Part shown: in pieces, positions 25,096 through 38,290 of the stretch
Layout: each line of letters begins with the position of its first letter
Position numbering within the stretch: the stretch's first letter is position 1
Assembly: GCF_036971445.1 (NCBI RefSeq)
Contig: NC_091474.1
Location: 90,582,001 to 90,646,000 of the forward strand
Length of the DNA: 64,000 nucleotides
Direction of reading: 5' to 3'
DNA from: Narcine bancroftii
Lineage: Eukaryota
The notes under the pieces: generated by a model
Databases searched by the model: none
Seen by the model: the letters and a program-made list of their open reading frames with translations, nothing else
Told to the model about the DNA's origin: nothing
Made by a program: the position numbers and the translations under genes

Positions 25096-25193
25096 CCAGA
25101 GCAGCGAGATTTAGGACAGACGGCTTTCATTTCAGACTGGAGTGAAGGGAATTGCTTCAGTCGGTGCCGCCTGCAACTGACCTGTGGGAAGGC

Positions 25194-28193
25194 ATGGCTG
25201 CAAGTGTGTTCATTTGTCTGGCGCTCTTGTTATTCCAGCGGATGCCCACAACAGAGACGTTTCAGTCCACGCTGATGTTGGACATGGCTCAAATCCTGCT
25301 GGAGAACTACTGTTTCCCAGAAAACCTCGTGGGGATGGAGGAGGCCCTCGGGAAAGTCAATCAGAGCGGCGACATTCTGCGCGTGACCGATCCCCAGACT
25401 CTCGCTGCAATGTTGACCACAGGAGTCCAGGGGGCTTTGAACGACCCCCGGTTACTGGTCACGTACGAGCCCGGGACGGCTCCCACTGAAGCGATGGACC
25501 TCCCTCCCCCGAGCTCCGAGACGCTCATGGCATTGATCCGAAGTTCTATCCAATTCGAAATTTTGGAAAATAACGTGGGTTACTTGAGGATTGACCACAT
25601 TTTTGCCGAGGACGTCGTGAACTTGATTGGCCCCATCCTAGTGGACACGGTTTGGAACCACATGGTGAGGACCGACGCGCTGATCCTGGACCTCCGCCAC
25701 TGCAGTGGTGGGGAGGTCTCGGGCGTCCCTTTCGTTATATCGTACTTCTGCAATGCCAACCCTGCCATCCACATCGACTCCATCTACCACCGCCCGTCCA
25801 ATGCCACAAGGGATGTATGGACCCTGCCCGTTCTGCTGGGTGAAAGGTACGAGGAGCACAAAGACGTGCTGGTGCTAATTAGCAGGAAGACCCGTGGGGT
25901 GGCCGAAGGGGTGGCGTACATCCTCAAGCACCTGGACCGCAGCCTCTTGGTGGGAGAGCGGACAGCGGGAGGCTCGCTGGACATCCAAAAGTTCCGCATT
26001 GGCCCCTCAGACTTCTTCGTCACCGTTCCCCTCTCGAGGTCGATCAGCCCCTTCACCGGCCAGAGTTGGGAAGTCAACGGAGTGTTCCCGTGTGTCGCGG
26101 TCAAGGCGGGGCGCGCCCTTGAGAGAGCGACCTCCATCCTCGCCGTGAGGAACCAGGTGCCCCGCGTCATCCAGAAGGTCGCGGAGCTGCTCGGCCGCTA
26201 CACCTCCTTCGCGGACCAGGTTCGGACTTTGACCCGACGGGTCGCTCAGATTGCGCGCTCGGCTCTGACTTCCGAGCAAGACCTGGCAGCAAAACTCAAC
26301 GACGAGCTCCAAGCCATCTTTGAAGATCCCCGACTGGTGATCAGCGTGACCTCGGGGGTCCCGGACACGGGAGAACCGAGTCCAGCCGAGGACCTCCCAG
26401 ATGATGCCGATTCCCTGCGGCAGATCGTGGACACCGTGTTTCGGGTGGAGATTTTGCCAGGCAATACTGGGTACTTAAGGTTCGATATGTTCCCCACTGA
26501 GTTGGCGCTGGCCAAACTGAGCCCCTACATCGTGGAGAGAGTGTGGAGGCCGATCAAGGACACTGACAATCTAATTCTGGATCTCAGATACAACGTCGGT
26601 GGCACCTCGGCCGCCGTGCCAATGCTGCAGTCATATTTCCACGACCCATCCCCGCCCGTCCGCTTGTACTCCATATTCAATCGGTTGGAAAACTCCACCA
26701 AAGAGTTCTTCACTCTTCCTGATTTGGATGGGAACTCTTATGGGTCAAAGAAGGGCGCCTATGTGCTCACTAGCCATCACACGGCCACGGCGGCCGAGGA
26801 GCTGGCCTACTTGATGCAGTCGCTGAGTCGGGCCACGGTGATTGGGGAGATCACCTCTGGCACCCTTCTACACACTCAATCTTTTCACATAGAGAATACC
26901 AAGTTCATCATAACGATCCCCTTCATTGATTTTATAGATAATAATGGAGAGTGTTGGTTGGGCGGTGGCGTAGTGCCCGATGCCATTGTATTGGCCGAAG
27001 AGGCACTGAATAAGACGAAGGATATCATAATGTTCCACGCTAAAGTGTTTCAACTGGTGGAGGAGACTGGGGAGCTCCTGGCCGTCCATTATGCCATCCC
27101 AGGGGTGGCGGCCAAGGTCGGCTCCCTGCTCGTTTCCAGGTGGCGGAATGGCTTGTACCGCTCAGTGGTGGACTATGAGTCACTGGCGGCTCAGCTGACC
27201 ACTGATCTGAAGGAGACCTCTGGCGACCACCGATTCCACGTTTTCTCCAGCGAGAGCTCGCCCGAGGTCCTGGACGACCAGGATGGGAGGATCCCTTCCC
27301 GCGAGGAGCTCGACCACATCATCCAAGCCCTCTTCAAGACCGAAGTGTTAGCAGACAACATTGGGTACCTTCGATTTGATATGATGGCCGACGCAGAAAC
27401 CATCAACGTCATTGTTCCACAATTACTAGACCAAGTGTGGAACAAATTGGTCAATTCAAGCGTTCTCATTATTGACATGAGATACAACGTCGGCGCGTAT
27501 TCGACCGCTGTCCCAATGTTGTGCTCTTACTTCTTCGACGCCGAACCTACCCGTCATCTCTACTCTGTTTTTAACCGCTCCTCCTCGTCCACTTTGGAAA
27601 TATGGACGTTGCCGGAGGTGCTTGGCCAAAGATACGCCTCCACTAAGGATGTCTACATCCTAACCAGCCATATTACAGGCTCCGCCGCAGAGGCGTTCAC
27701 CAGGGCTATGAAGGACCTGAACAGGGCGACGGTGATTGGCGAACCAACCACGGGAGGTGCCTTGTCTGTAGCCACCTACCGGATAGAAAATAGCAACCTC
27801 TATGTGTCGATTCCAAATCAGGTCGCCCTGAGTGCCGTCACCGGGAAGATTTGGAGCGTATCAGGTGTTGAACCGCATGTTACGGTCCAGGCCACTGAAG
27901 CCATGAGCGTTGCACTTGGCATCATAGAACTTCGGAGCAAGGTGCCCGGGGTTGTGCGAACGGCTGGGAAGTTGGTGGCTGATAATTATGCGTTTGCTGA
28001 AACCGGTGCCAAGGTAGCGGGGCAGCTCGCCGAGTTAGTTCAAGGCAGGATGTACAATGCTATTAATTCCGAGTTGGAGCTGGCTCAGAGGTTATCAGAG
28101 GACTTGCAGAAACTCTCCGGTGACCAGCATCTCAATGTAGCGCATATCCCGGAAAATCTGAAGGACCGCATCCCCGGTGTGGTTCCCATGCCG
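25194..28193 (+). CDS. RBP3: Interphotoreceptor retinoid-binding protein (IRBP), exon 1: signal peptide, modules 1-3 and start of module 4
   Basis: ATG 25194 in good Kozak context (ggcATGg); hydrophobic signal; LLENYCFPENLVGM; three repeats of GYLRxD/LILDLRxxxGG/GExTxGG; ends DRIPGVVPMP|gtaggt; 3000 bp. Confidence 0.97.
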
Positions 28194-28291
28194 GTAGGTT
28201 AACAGAAACCTTCTATCCCAGATTTTTTTAAAAAAAACAAGGCGTTTCCAGGGCATTGTATCTATTAACTCCTCTTGCTTCCCGCCCTTAG

Positions 28292-28482
28292 ATTCCACCT
28301 CCAGAGATGTTTGAAGACTTGATTAAATTTGCCTTCCAAACGAAGGTGTTTGAGAATGCGATCGGCTACCTGCGCTTCGACATGTTCGGCGACCACGAAT
28401 TGATTACCCAAGTCTCAGGTTTGATGCGGATGCATGTGTGGAATAAAATAGCACACACCGTGGCACTGATTGTAGATCTGAG
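28292..28482 (+). CDS. RBP3: IRBP exon 2
   Basis: cccttAG|ATT CCA CCT ([29 protein letters not shown]) AG|gtaatg; 191 bp, phase 0 to 2. Confidence 0.96.
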
Positions 28483-29944
28483 GTAATGTGACCTGTATAA
28501 TCACCTCTCCTCTCATAGTCATAGTCTTACTTCCAATCCAATTCAGGGTCACGAAAGGTTGATAAAGGGGCCCGGCGCCCAACGTTGGCTGACCATTCTC
28601 TCCATGGAGGCTGTAGTGCCGCAGGTCAATTTGCGGTACAACTATTTAATTCTCACTGTTTTCCACTGACTCTCCATCTCTTAATTCTACCCTTTATCCA
28701 CCCACAAGAGACAATAGAGAGTGTCCATTTAACCCACGAACCCGCACGCCTCCGAGCAACGTCGACCTTCAAGGATTCCATGGGGATCAACGTTTGCCTG
28801 TTGTCTATGCTTCCTTCTTTGTCTTGGTTCCTGCTAGGTGTGGCGTGACGTCCACGCTATGATCAATTACCGGGCGTCACAAGTGCTTCCAACCAATCAA
28901 AGGATGCTGTTAAGCTTTAGTTTCCCCAGAGTGGTACTGCTCAACATTTTTTTTTCCACTCACATGCCACATTAAATAATCCCATAGAGCACCTATGGCA
29001 TAGGATGGCCTAGGTGCTCTGTGCTTGGTAAGGGATTACTTAAGATGGTATGTGATTGAGGAAGAAAAGTTTGAGGGCTACTCCCCCAGAGCATCCGGTG
29101 TATCTTAGTTCGATCCAAGCAAACCAGGTAGAATTATCACTTGGGGATAGTTGAGTAGATCTTTGAAAAATCTTGCATGCCAAGCCGGGTTGAAGCCTTC
29201 CCCTGCGTTATACTGATCTGGTTCAGCTATGGACATTTCTCAGGTAAATATCTGACCTCCTCTGAGAGCACACTCTGGCCTTGCAGGCAACGACCATCTA
29301 GTTACCATTCAATATCTGTTAATTCCTCTATTGCTCCCAGATGCTAGATGCTCCGCTGTGTATCCCTTCTTGGAGTGTGTAAAAATGCACCTGTAACAAA
29401 GGAACACACGTACAGCTGCCAGATGTTTTATTTTTGCTTTGCAAAGCGTGAGGACCTCCTTACCGCAAAATACACTGCCACCTGTACAAGAGAGCCTGCC
29501 GTGTGGCTCACAAGTCACATATTTACACAGAGAGAACCTTTAGTTTTCCACAACATGCGAAAGGACTGCTCCATATAAGTACATACTTCTTGGAATTCCC
29601 TTGAGATTCGTTAATCAGGGTCATGCCCCTTCCTACTGTCTTCGTCAAATATGGAGCTGTTGTTCTTCAACCTTGCTGAGTATCAAAACATGCCATGCAA
29701 TTTTCTCTGCTGTTTGATTTTAGTTGCTCCTTTAAAACTTACATTCTCAAGTGAAATGAGACAAATGAGTAGATGTCACGTTCCACCAAATGGAATTATG
29801 GTCATTTATTCTACAAGTTCGGAATCTATGTGAGGTTCCATATTCTGAACCAGATGTGAACTGAAATTGTCTGGCACCAAATTTAGATTTCGCACGAGCA
29901 AATAGGCTTGGATTTGAAGTAAAGATAGAATGTAGAAAATAATA

Positions 29945-30110
29945 ATAAGGGGCTCTCTGCCTCTCCCTTACCATTTTATTCAGGCATCTACCTGCTCTTT
30001 CACTGATGAAGGGTCCGGGTCCGAAACATGGAAAAGAATGGAAAAGGATGCTACGTGACTTCTCCAGCATTTTTGTATAAACCATTTTCACAGCGTCTGC
30101 AGATTTTCTT
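29945..30110 (+). mobile_element. Penelope-like tail with hammerhead-like core in RBP3 intron 2
   Basis: CTGATGA-AGGGTCCGGGTCC-GAAAC at 30003-30027, followed by tttctccagcattttt..tctgcaga as in the other copies. Confidence 0.5.
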
Positions 30111-30316
30111 AACTATAATAAAGAGAACAGCTGATTTACCCTCCCACGGAAGACATTGTCTCATACCGTCTCTTGTAATGCTCTTATGGTTCCGGGGCGT
30201 CATTTCTTTGTCCAATTGTTCCTCCTATTCGCCACAAATCTCCTCTTTTAAGATATTTTCCTTTCCCGAGTTGCCAACACCAACAGCAGACCCTTCAGCT
30301 TTCCTTACCAGAATGG

Positions 30317-30471
30317 NNNNNNNNNNNNNNNNNNNNNNNNNNNNNNNNNNNNNNNNNNNNNNNNNNNNNNNNNNNNNNNNNNNNNNNNNNNNNNNNNNNN
30401 NNNNNNNNNNNNNNNNNNNNNNNNNNNNNNNNNNNNNNNNNNNNNNNNNNNNNNNNNNNNNNNNNNNNNNN
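30317..30471. other. Run of N (155 bp) in RBP3 intron 2
   Basis: Undetermined or masked bases. Confidence 1.
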
Positions 30472-31479
30472 CTACCTGTGCAACTAGTTGTCTGGGGATG
30501 TTAAAGCATTTGTTCAAGGGAAGGTGTCTGAAAAAGTGTGTATATGGCTGATATCTTGAATACATAAATGATTTTTTTATATTATAATTGCATAGGTTTG
30601 CAATTTAAGCGTGCTATTGAACAATTATGCACTTTAACGCTATTTTGGATGTGTCATGTATTCAGGTTCATTCGTGTACTTCATTTATTCATAAATGATT
30701 TATTTCCCAGTATCAACAGGGAATTCCACCAAAGGGTGACCATAAAAAAAATCAGGGACACTGAATTCAAAAAGCATATTTATAATTCACCCGGAAATTA
30801 AACGTCAATGAGGGGATAGACAATGCTAAATATGTTTTCTCAGTCTGTCAAGGTGTTTCGGTCCATTCCAAGGCTCCGGATGATGTCATGTTTGCTTGGA
30901 GTATCCTTCTTGGCCCAAACTGACCCACTTGGATGAAAGTTTGCTCTGTCGGTCGGCTGTGGATTATAACATGGCTTTGGGACGGTCACCGACATTTCTA
31001 AAGCGTTTGGACACCACACGCCAAACTAGCTTGACAATCATCTTATTCTGGATCCCCCTTAAATGCAAAAAACAGCAATGTCGCTTAAGGGCAATGGAGG
31101 GCGCTGTTGAGGTTGGAACGGCAGCATCAATCCCGCAGAATAAGAGAATTTCCTGCACTACATTTGTACCTATATGGCTGCATTGCGAGCTTTTACCCCA
31201 TGGTGGAAACTGTTACATTTTTCGTTGGCAGTGTGCATCGCTTTCATTAAAAAAAAATGTTGTGAGGCGACTGTAACGACTGTTCAGCGTATAGAATCTG
31301 AATGTTAACAGTATGGTTTAGAGTTGTTGATCAGAGCCAATCGCACTCCTTCATAGGTATCCTGGATTCATCTCCCCCACCTACCCCCCCCCCCCCCCCC
31401 CCACCACCCAATTTTGAACCGCCACTTCCGACCAAAGATAGGCTCCGCTTTCCAACGTGTACCCGTCTGGAGTTAAAAT

Positions 31480-32190
31480 CATTACTTATTTTGGTTGTAC
31501 GGTATTCACTTTTCGTGTTTGCATTCGTTATCTGTTTACAGTTCTTTATTTGTTTGCATGTGGACAGTTTTGCACTGCCAATAATTCTGCCTCGCCCGCA
31601 GGAAAAAGGAATCTCGGGGTTGTTTGTGATGTCGTATATACACTCTGACAATAAATCTGAAATCTCATTTTAAAAAATACAATAATCATTACAGCACTGT
31701 GTACAGGCCCTTCGGCCCTCAATGTGGTGTCAAACCATATAGAAGTGCTAAATCCTCCCTACCCTATAACCCTTTACTTTCCTTTCGTCCATACGCCCGT
31801 CTAATAATCTTTTAAAGGCTCCTAATGTTTCAGCCTTGACCACCACTCCAGGACTCAACAACTCTCTTGTGTAAAAAAAAACTTACCCCTGATTCTTCCT
31901 TTATCTTGTCCTCTAGTTCTTCCCACCCTAGAAAACAGATATTGGATGTCCAACCGATCTTTGCCTCTCATAATTTTGTAGACCTCAATCAAGTCCCCTT
32001 TCATCCTTCTACGCTCCAAAGGGAAAAGCCCCAGCTTGCCTCATAAGACGTGCCCTCCAATCCAGGCCACATCCTGGTAAATCTCCTCTTCATCCTTTCC
32101 ATTGCCTCCATGTCCTTAATGAGCCGACCAGAACTGGACACAATACTCCAAGTGTGGTCTCACCAGAGACTCATAAAGCTGCAACAATTT
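31480..32190. mobile_element. Rex1-like 3-prime UTR (+, ~31480-31670) abutting a CR1-like 3-prime fragment (-, ~31690-32190) in RBP3 intron 2
   Basis: Homology to 15228-15440 (reverse) and to 17690-18150. Confidence 0.65.
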
Positions 32191-32755
32191 GAGCAAATGC
32201 ACAAAATCAGCCATTGTTTCCCAATTATGGCCACGTATTTGTCCTCATGTATTTTAAGTGTTGCAATTGTAACCGTCTTCATCACTTCCTCTGGGTACTC
32301 CCTCCATATAAACCAACCCCCACGATAATTTAAGTCCTCCTATCCCAGTTATGTCATCGTAGATCCTTTTTGATCGTCTCCAGTTTAATGACGTCCTTCT
32401 AATAGCCGGCTGACCTGAACCACACTTCATCGACCTTTTATTCAGCTGGGAAAGGGGCGGCGTGATAGCACAATGCAGTTAGAGCGCCAGCCACCATGAG
32501 CTTCGAATCCAAGGCTTCCTCCCACTGTACTGTAGGTTAATTGGGTGCAAATTGGGCAGCTCGAGCTTGTGGGCCGAAAGGGATCTGTTACCGTGCTGTA
32601 TGTTTACATTTAAAATAAAAATGATGAGCGAAGAAGGCAAACATGCCAATCTCCTTATTCAGCACCATGTCAATGAACTAACCCTAGGTCTTGCTTAACT
32701 GACTCTGAACCCTCTCTAAACGATTGTTTAACTAATGCATGTATGTGTGACCCAG

Positions 32756-32898
32756 GTACAACATTGGAGGACCCACCTCTTTCATCCCAACACTGTGCTC
32801 CTATTTCCTTGACGATGAGAACCCGGTGCACCTGGATACCGTTTACAATAGACCGAACGACACCACCTCCGAAATATGGAGTACTCCATGGTCGGCAG
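32756..32898 (+). CDS. RBP3: IRBP exon 3
   Basis: cccAG|G TAC AAC ATT GGA GGA ([29 protein letters not shown]) G|gtaaga; 143 bp, phase 2 to 1. Confidence 0.96.
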
Positions 32899-32973
32899 GT
32901 AAGAATAAAGCACGGCCTCAACGTCAATGCTCGCTCTGAGCCATCGTACAATGTGTGTGTTCTGTTTGTCAAG

Positions 32974-33308
32974 GAGACCCCTACGGTTCCAAACGGGAGT
33001 TGATCCTCCTCACAAGCAGCGTCACTGCCGGAGCAGCGGAGCAATTCGTCTTCGTGATGAAGAGACTGGGAAGAGCTCTGGTGGTCGGCGAGTTGACGAG
33101 CGGCGGGTGTCACCCTCCACAAACTTACCACGTCGACGACACCAACCTTTATCTGACCATGCCGACCACCAGGTCGTCCGGACCGGATGGAATCTCCTGG
33201 GAAGGAGCCGGAGTGGCACCTCACGTCGAGGTCCCCGCTGCCACCGCGCTGGAGAGAGCGAAGGAGATGCTGAGAAGCCACTTGCATGGACCTTCCCCAC
33301 TTATATAG
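32974..33308 (+). CDS. RBP3: IRBP exon 4, coding part
   Basis: tttgtcaAG|GA GAC ([51 protein letters not shown]), TAG 33306-33308; joined CDS is 3669 bp = 1222 aa, in frame. Confidence 0.96.
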
Positions 33309-33809
33309 TCGTAGCTCATTTAATGTTCTGAACACAAGCGGTGGGATTAGAGGCTGAAACCCACAGTTGAGACTACCAGCAAGGTTTAGATAAGCGTTGA
33401 CTCATTTCTCATGTCGCTGGCACTTAACAATACATCAAAGTTCCTTTAATGTCATGTAATAATACAAGAAAATGTACTATACACGATATACGTTAACGTT
33501 TACCTACTGTAAAGCATTCACATCACCAATGTGGTGAGTTGCTTGATTGGAGTCATTCCAGGACACCTTGGTCCAGGAGTTTCCCCCATTCTGCTTGCCT
33601 TGTTAGAGTTATCCATTTCTTCGTATGTGATGTCATTGTTTTGAGTCTGTTCCCTATTCGCTTTCTTATGGTTTGTAGGACTGTTCCACGCATTATGTGG
33701 AATATAGGGCATTGTTTCAGAAAAAATGGCAGTGGTATTTCAAGGGGCAGAATCTTGACCAAACAACGAGGTGCTGGGGATCTCAATGCATCAAAGAGCA
33801 TCCGCGAGT

Positions 33810-34050
33810 AGGCATGGTCAGTCAACGTTTCGGCTCGGGGGCCCTTTATCGAGATTGACTCTTTTTCTCCCATTGGACCCACTGAGTTCCTCCAGCTTCT
33901 CATTGGTTACTTCAAGTGAAACAGGAAGGTCTGCAGACGCAGTGGTTGAAGTGAAAGCAGAGAAATGCTGGAGGAACTCAGCCGGTCTCGGAGCGCCCAT
34001 GGGAGGTAAAGACGTTTCAATCCTGCGCCCTTCTTCAAAGGTGACTTCAA
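33810..34050 (-). mobile_element. Two tandem Penelope-like tail units
   Basis: Repeated gaagggc..gaaacgt and ctgagttcctccagc motifs. Confidence 0.45.
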
Positions 34051-36364
34051 AGCCTTGCCGGCCAACTGGCTTCACGTTGAAAAAAAAAGCGGGGAGAATG
34101 TTTGGCGAAAGCATCTCTCTCCTCAGAGTGTCCGGGAAAGAGGGACCTCAACTTTTGTGGTTCCTCTCAATACAAAATTGCTAGGGTTTTTTTTAATGTC
34201 CACGGTTGATTTTATGAATACAGTAGGTACTTGCGTTTATGCTCTATAAAACAAATTTTAGATCTGGGATCTAGAGAAATGACACGACCCTCAGTTATAA
34301 ATGAACATGGACGATCCAATCAATAACCTTAAATTGAAGGTTTGATACAATTGATCCCTTGGATGGGGGATCCCGCCTAATAGACGTTTGCGGCTGTTTC
34401 GTTTAAGACAGGTGAATTTAAATTGAATTCGAGACTGAGTTCTCTTCTATTGAAAGGAAGACTGGTAAGTAGGTTGAGATTCCACGACATCTGGGAATAA
34501 CTAAAACTGTCTATGTGTTCCCCCCACCCCGAGGATGGCGCTTCCCCTTCATTATGTCACGGAGTCCAGAAGTGATTGGCAACTGAAGATTGCTGCCTTC
34601 AGATCGTTGCACACGACGGTTCTAAAATAACGCTGTATTATTCCAAGAATTGTCCACAATAAAATCCTTAACATTCCACTGCTTTTCAAAATGATCTATA
34701 GAGGCGATGTTTTTTTTTGTTTTTGCAGGGGGTCGGGGGTGGTGAGAACACTCGTTTCCTCTGTGAATAAATATTATCACAACGTTTACAAGAAGGATTG
34801 TGAAGAGAATTAATAACCCGAATTAACATGCAATTGGCATTTGCTTGACTTTTCGACGCATAACGTTGTCCCGAGGAGTGGCGTTGTTATTACTCCTCCC
34901 CATTGCCCTGGTTCTAATTGGTTCGAACCCAATACAGTCAAGGAATCATCGAAATGTATGAAACTGGGCCCCTCCCACCATGTGGCTGATTTATTTTGGC
35001 TATTTTCCTTTCTAATCCTTAAACCTATTACCATAACCTTTAGCCCCCTCCCCTTGTTTCTGACCCCATTGCTGGAGGTAATAATTATACCCAACTTATT
35101 TGTCTGGGCTCCTCGTGTCGGTCTACTTTCCGCCTCATTGAGCTAAATTTCCCTTTCCTAAAAAGATGTTTTCAACACCTCCTCTACTCCACTCTCTCGG
35201 GTGTAATCGCATCTTTCCTTTAACACGGTGGCCAACAGTGTCAAGGACAGTGCCCGAACAAGGGTGGACCTAGTGATAGCACAACTTCCCTGCTCCCTAC
35301 TCTCATCTTTAGCATCAATATAATAAACAATTAAAGACCATATTACTTTGAGGTGTTTACATACAGTATATGCCCTACGATAGGGAAGGACATTATTCGA
35401 CCTATCGAATCCATGCTCGTTCTCAAAAACAATGCTATCAATCTCATTCCACCCCCTTACTTTCTCTGACACGCTCATTTAGATGCCCCAATTTTCTACT
35501 ATCTGCGCAATGAGGGATACTTTGCAGGAGCGAATTATCCCACTAAAATACTGTGGATGGGGGGTGGGGAAGCCGAAGAGTGGGTGATGTAGGGTGAGGG
35601 GTGGGATCCACGGAATTGCCGGGAAAACGTGGAAACTTCCGCACAGAAAACATGGGGTCTCTGCGGCCGTGAGGAAGCCTGCAGAGCCCCGGCATCGTAA
35701 ACCACACCGGATCGAAACCACCTCACGCGTGTGGAGTTATTTTGGAGCTTCATGGACCAGGTAAATGGGGAGCTTTAAAACTTGTGACAACGTCTTTGAG
35801 AAGTCAATAGGTTTGCCACAACCCAGTAAGGTTTCTAGCCTGAGATCACCATTAGGATTTTCATGGTGCGGACTTCAAAGGTGAACAGAATATGGAAGTG
35901 ATTAATGGACCATAAGATATCCAGATTTGTTGTGTGTCATATGAATATTATGTCAATACACTCGCCTTCTTATTTGTTGGTGATTCTCCCTTTCTAATGT
36001 TTGTTAATTATCTGTCAGATGGTATAAAAATATTTCCTTCATTAAAGTTTTAGTCCTATAACATTAAAGTAATTATTCGCCTATCAGTTTGGCGTTTCCA
36101 TGAAGGTCTTCGCTCAACATCGGAATCAATGACCTTTTAACAACTTTAGAGGGGGTCAATATTTGGTGAGTGTTCTTAATCGTTCACAATACTTTAATCG
36201 AGTCATACAGTCAGACCATTCGGCCCGCCAGGCCAATTCCAATCACCCATCTACGCCAATTCCCATTTACCGGCACTTAGTCCGTGGCCTCGCGATTTAG
36301 GAATTCCACTCCAGATTTCAGCTATCCTCTAGATTATTTCTTTTTCCTCAGATCTCTTCCATCC

Positions 36365-36665
36365 TCTGGATTTCATGGTATGGGAAACCAGAACTAGGGG
36401 ACATAGCCTGAAGATTCAGGACAGTAGATTTAGGACGGAAATGAGGAGGAACTGCTTGTCCCAGAGGGTGGTGAATCTATGGAATTCGCTGCCCTTTGAA
36501 GCAGTGGAGGTGACCTCAGTAAATATACTTAAGACAAGGTTGGATAGATTTTACATAGTCGGGGAATTAAGGGATATGGGAAAAAGGCAGGGAATCCTAT
36601 CATCGGATCAGCCTCGACGGGATGGACGACCGACTCCTGCTCTTATTTCTTATGTTCCTATGTTC
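36365..36665 (+). mobile_element. CR1-like LINE 3-prime end
   Basis: TRTRGHSLKI..FRTEMRRNCLSQRVVNLWNSLPFEAVEVTSVNILKTRLDRF. Confidence 0.85.
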
Positions 36666-38222
36666 TTACTCCGCACCCACTGATTTTATTTGCTTTAAAG
36701 ACCGTGGATTGTTTTGTCTTCCCTGGAATAAACCACACCAGGCGGAAGGTGGAGATGACTGATCTACCCAAGATGTCTCATGGGCACATTTCTTTCCAAC
36801 TCCCTTATCCAGTTACCCGCCATATTCTGCCGTCTTCCCCACCTCTTCATTGCCCACGCCTCCCACTCTGGCCTATCCCCCTCCCACAGTTTCCATCTGT
36901 CCACCCTTCCTCCCATATTTGGATCTACACCTCTACTTATTAGCCTCGTTCGCTATCTCCACCCTTCCCTGCCCCGTCCGCCTGTCGCTTGATAACTCTT
37001 GTTCAACCCCTCCCCTCTTTCTTTCCACTCACATACCACTTTAGGTAACCCCTTACTAATCACAGAGCACCACTGGTCTAGATGAAGGATCTGCCTCCGA
37101 ATCGTCGACACTCCATGCTGCCTGACCCGTTGAGTTCCTTCAGCAATTTGGTCTTTTGCTCCCGATTCCAGTATCTGCAGACCCTTGTGTTCTATTCAGC
37201 TTCCTTCTATCGTCTTTCGCCTCCACTGAACCAGCTGGTTTCGCTCTTCAGTCTTTTTCACCCCCTGTCTTAGTGGGGAGAAGATGGGGTCAACACAGCT
37301 CCCTGGTCCAAACCTGCTTTAATTATGTAAAATACTAGAAGAAATTGATTTGGAAACGTGGCTGATAAGTGTAAGTTAGTTGCTTCATTGTTGAATTCTA
37401 TCACCCGAAACCAATGTCTACTGTATGCACCTCCTCTCTTTGCTCCCTTTCTGTCGGCGAATTGCGACACACTGTATCGTTTCGCATTTCACTGCAGCTC
37501 ACCAGCTGGATACAAGAAAAAACAGTGTCTCAATTCAGTAAGTGGCTTCCTTGAATGTTGAATGGTTTCGAGGTGTTACTGTTGTCTCAGACAGCGCCGA
37601 TCATTTCTGAAATGCAGCTGACCATTAATTGTTTGCATTCACTGTCCAATAGAAACAAATTCTGGTTTAGAAAACAATGGACATGCCTTGACTCATTAAC
37701 CTTCCCGAAGTATCAACTAATAACATATCAACAGTACTTAATGTGAAAGACACTACATAAATGCATGTTCTTATCTTCATGTTCAAGGTGACTATAGCTC
37801 CTGGGAGGATCAATCCACATCAACAACTCAAATTCAAGCTGTGGGACCAATGGCAGATCACAAGAAATTTCCTAATATCTGGAAACTGGAAGCAATTTAA
37901 TTTCTAATTCCTTCTCCAAATAGCAGCTAAAATTCTTGATGGGTATCTCGTACACATCCACACCGTATCTAGGCAACCCCAATCTTAGTTCAATATTGGT
38001 CTTCTTATAACTGAAAAGGAAAGCTTGAAGCAAGAATTAATGAACAATGAGACTTTCGATCTTTATCATTGAACTCGCCAGATGTGCAAATATCCTGATG
38101 GGGAAAAAATGAACTGAGACGACAGAAACTCCCCGCGCCTCCTCAACACCAACCACTAACAGAAAATGGGGTTCTTCGCCTTTGCTATGATTGACAGACA
38201 TGAGGTTGCTTTCAGGGATGGG

Positions 38223-38286
<64 letters not shown>
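38223..38286. repeat. (CT)n microsatellite
   Basis: About 30 CT units with one interruption. Confidence 0.95.

Positions 38287-38290
<4 letters not shown>

Noticed and set aside
25152-25193. N-terminal extension of RBP3 from the TTG at 25152
   Set aside because: The ATG at 25194 has a good Kozak context and directly precedes the signal peptide
25184-28298. Overlapping and antisense ORFs within RBP3 exon 1
   Set aside because: Shadow frames of GC-rich coding sequence with no independent homology
10576-30565. ORFs spanning the three N runs
   Set aside because: Artefacts of undetermined bases; the content of the gaps cannot be assessed
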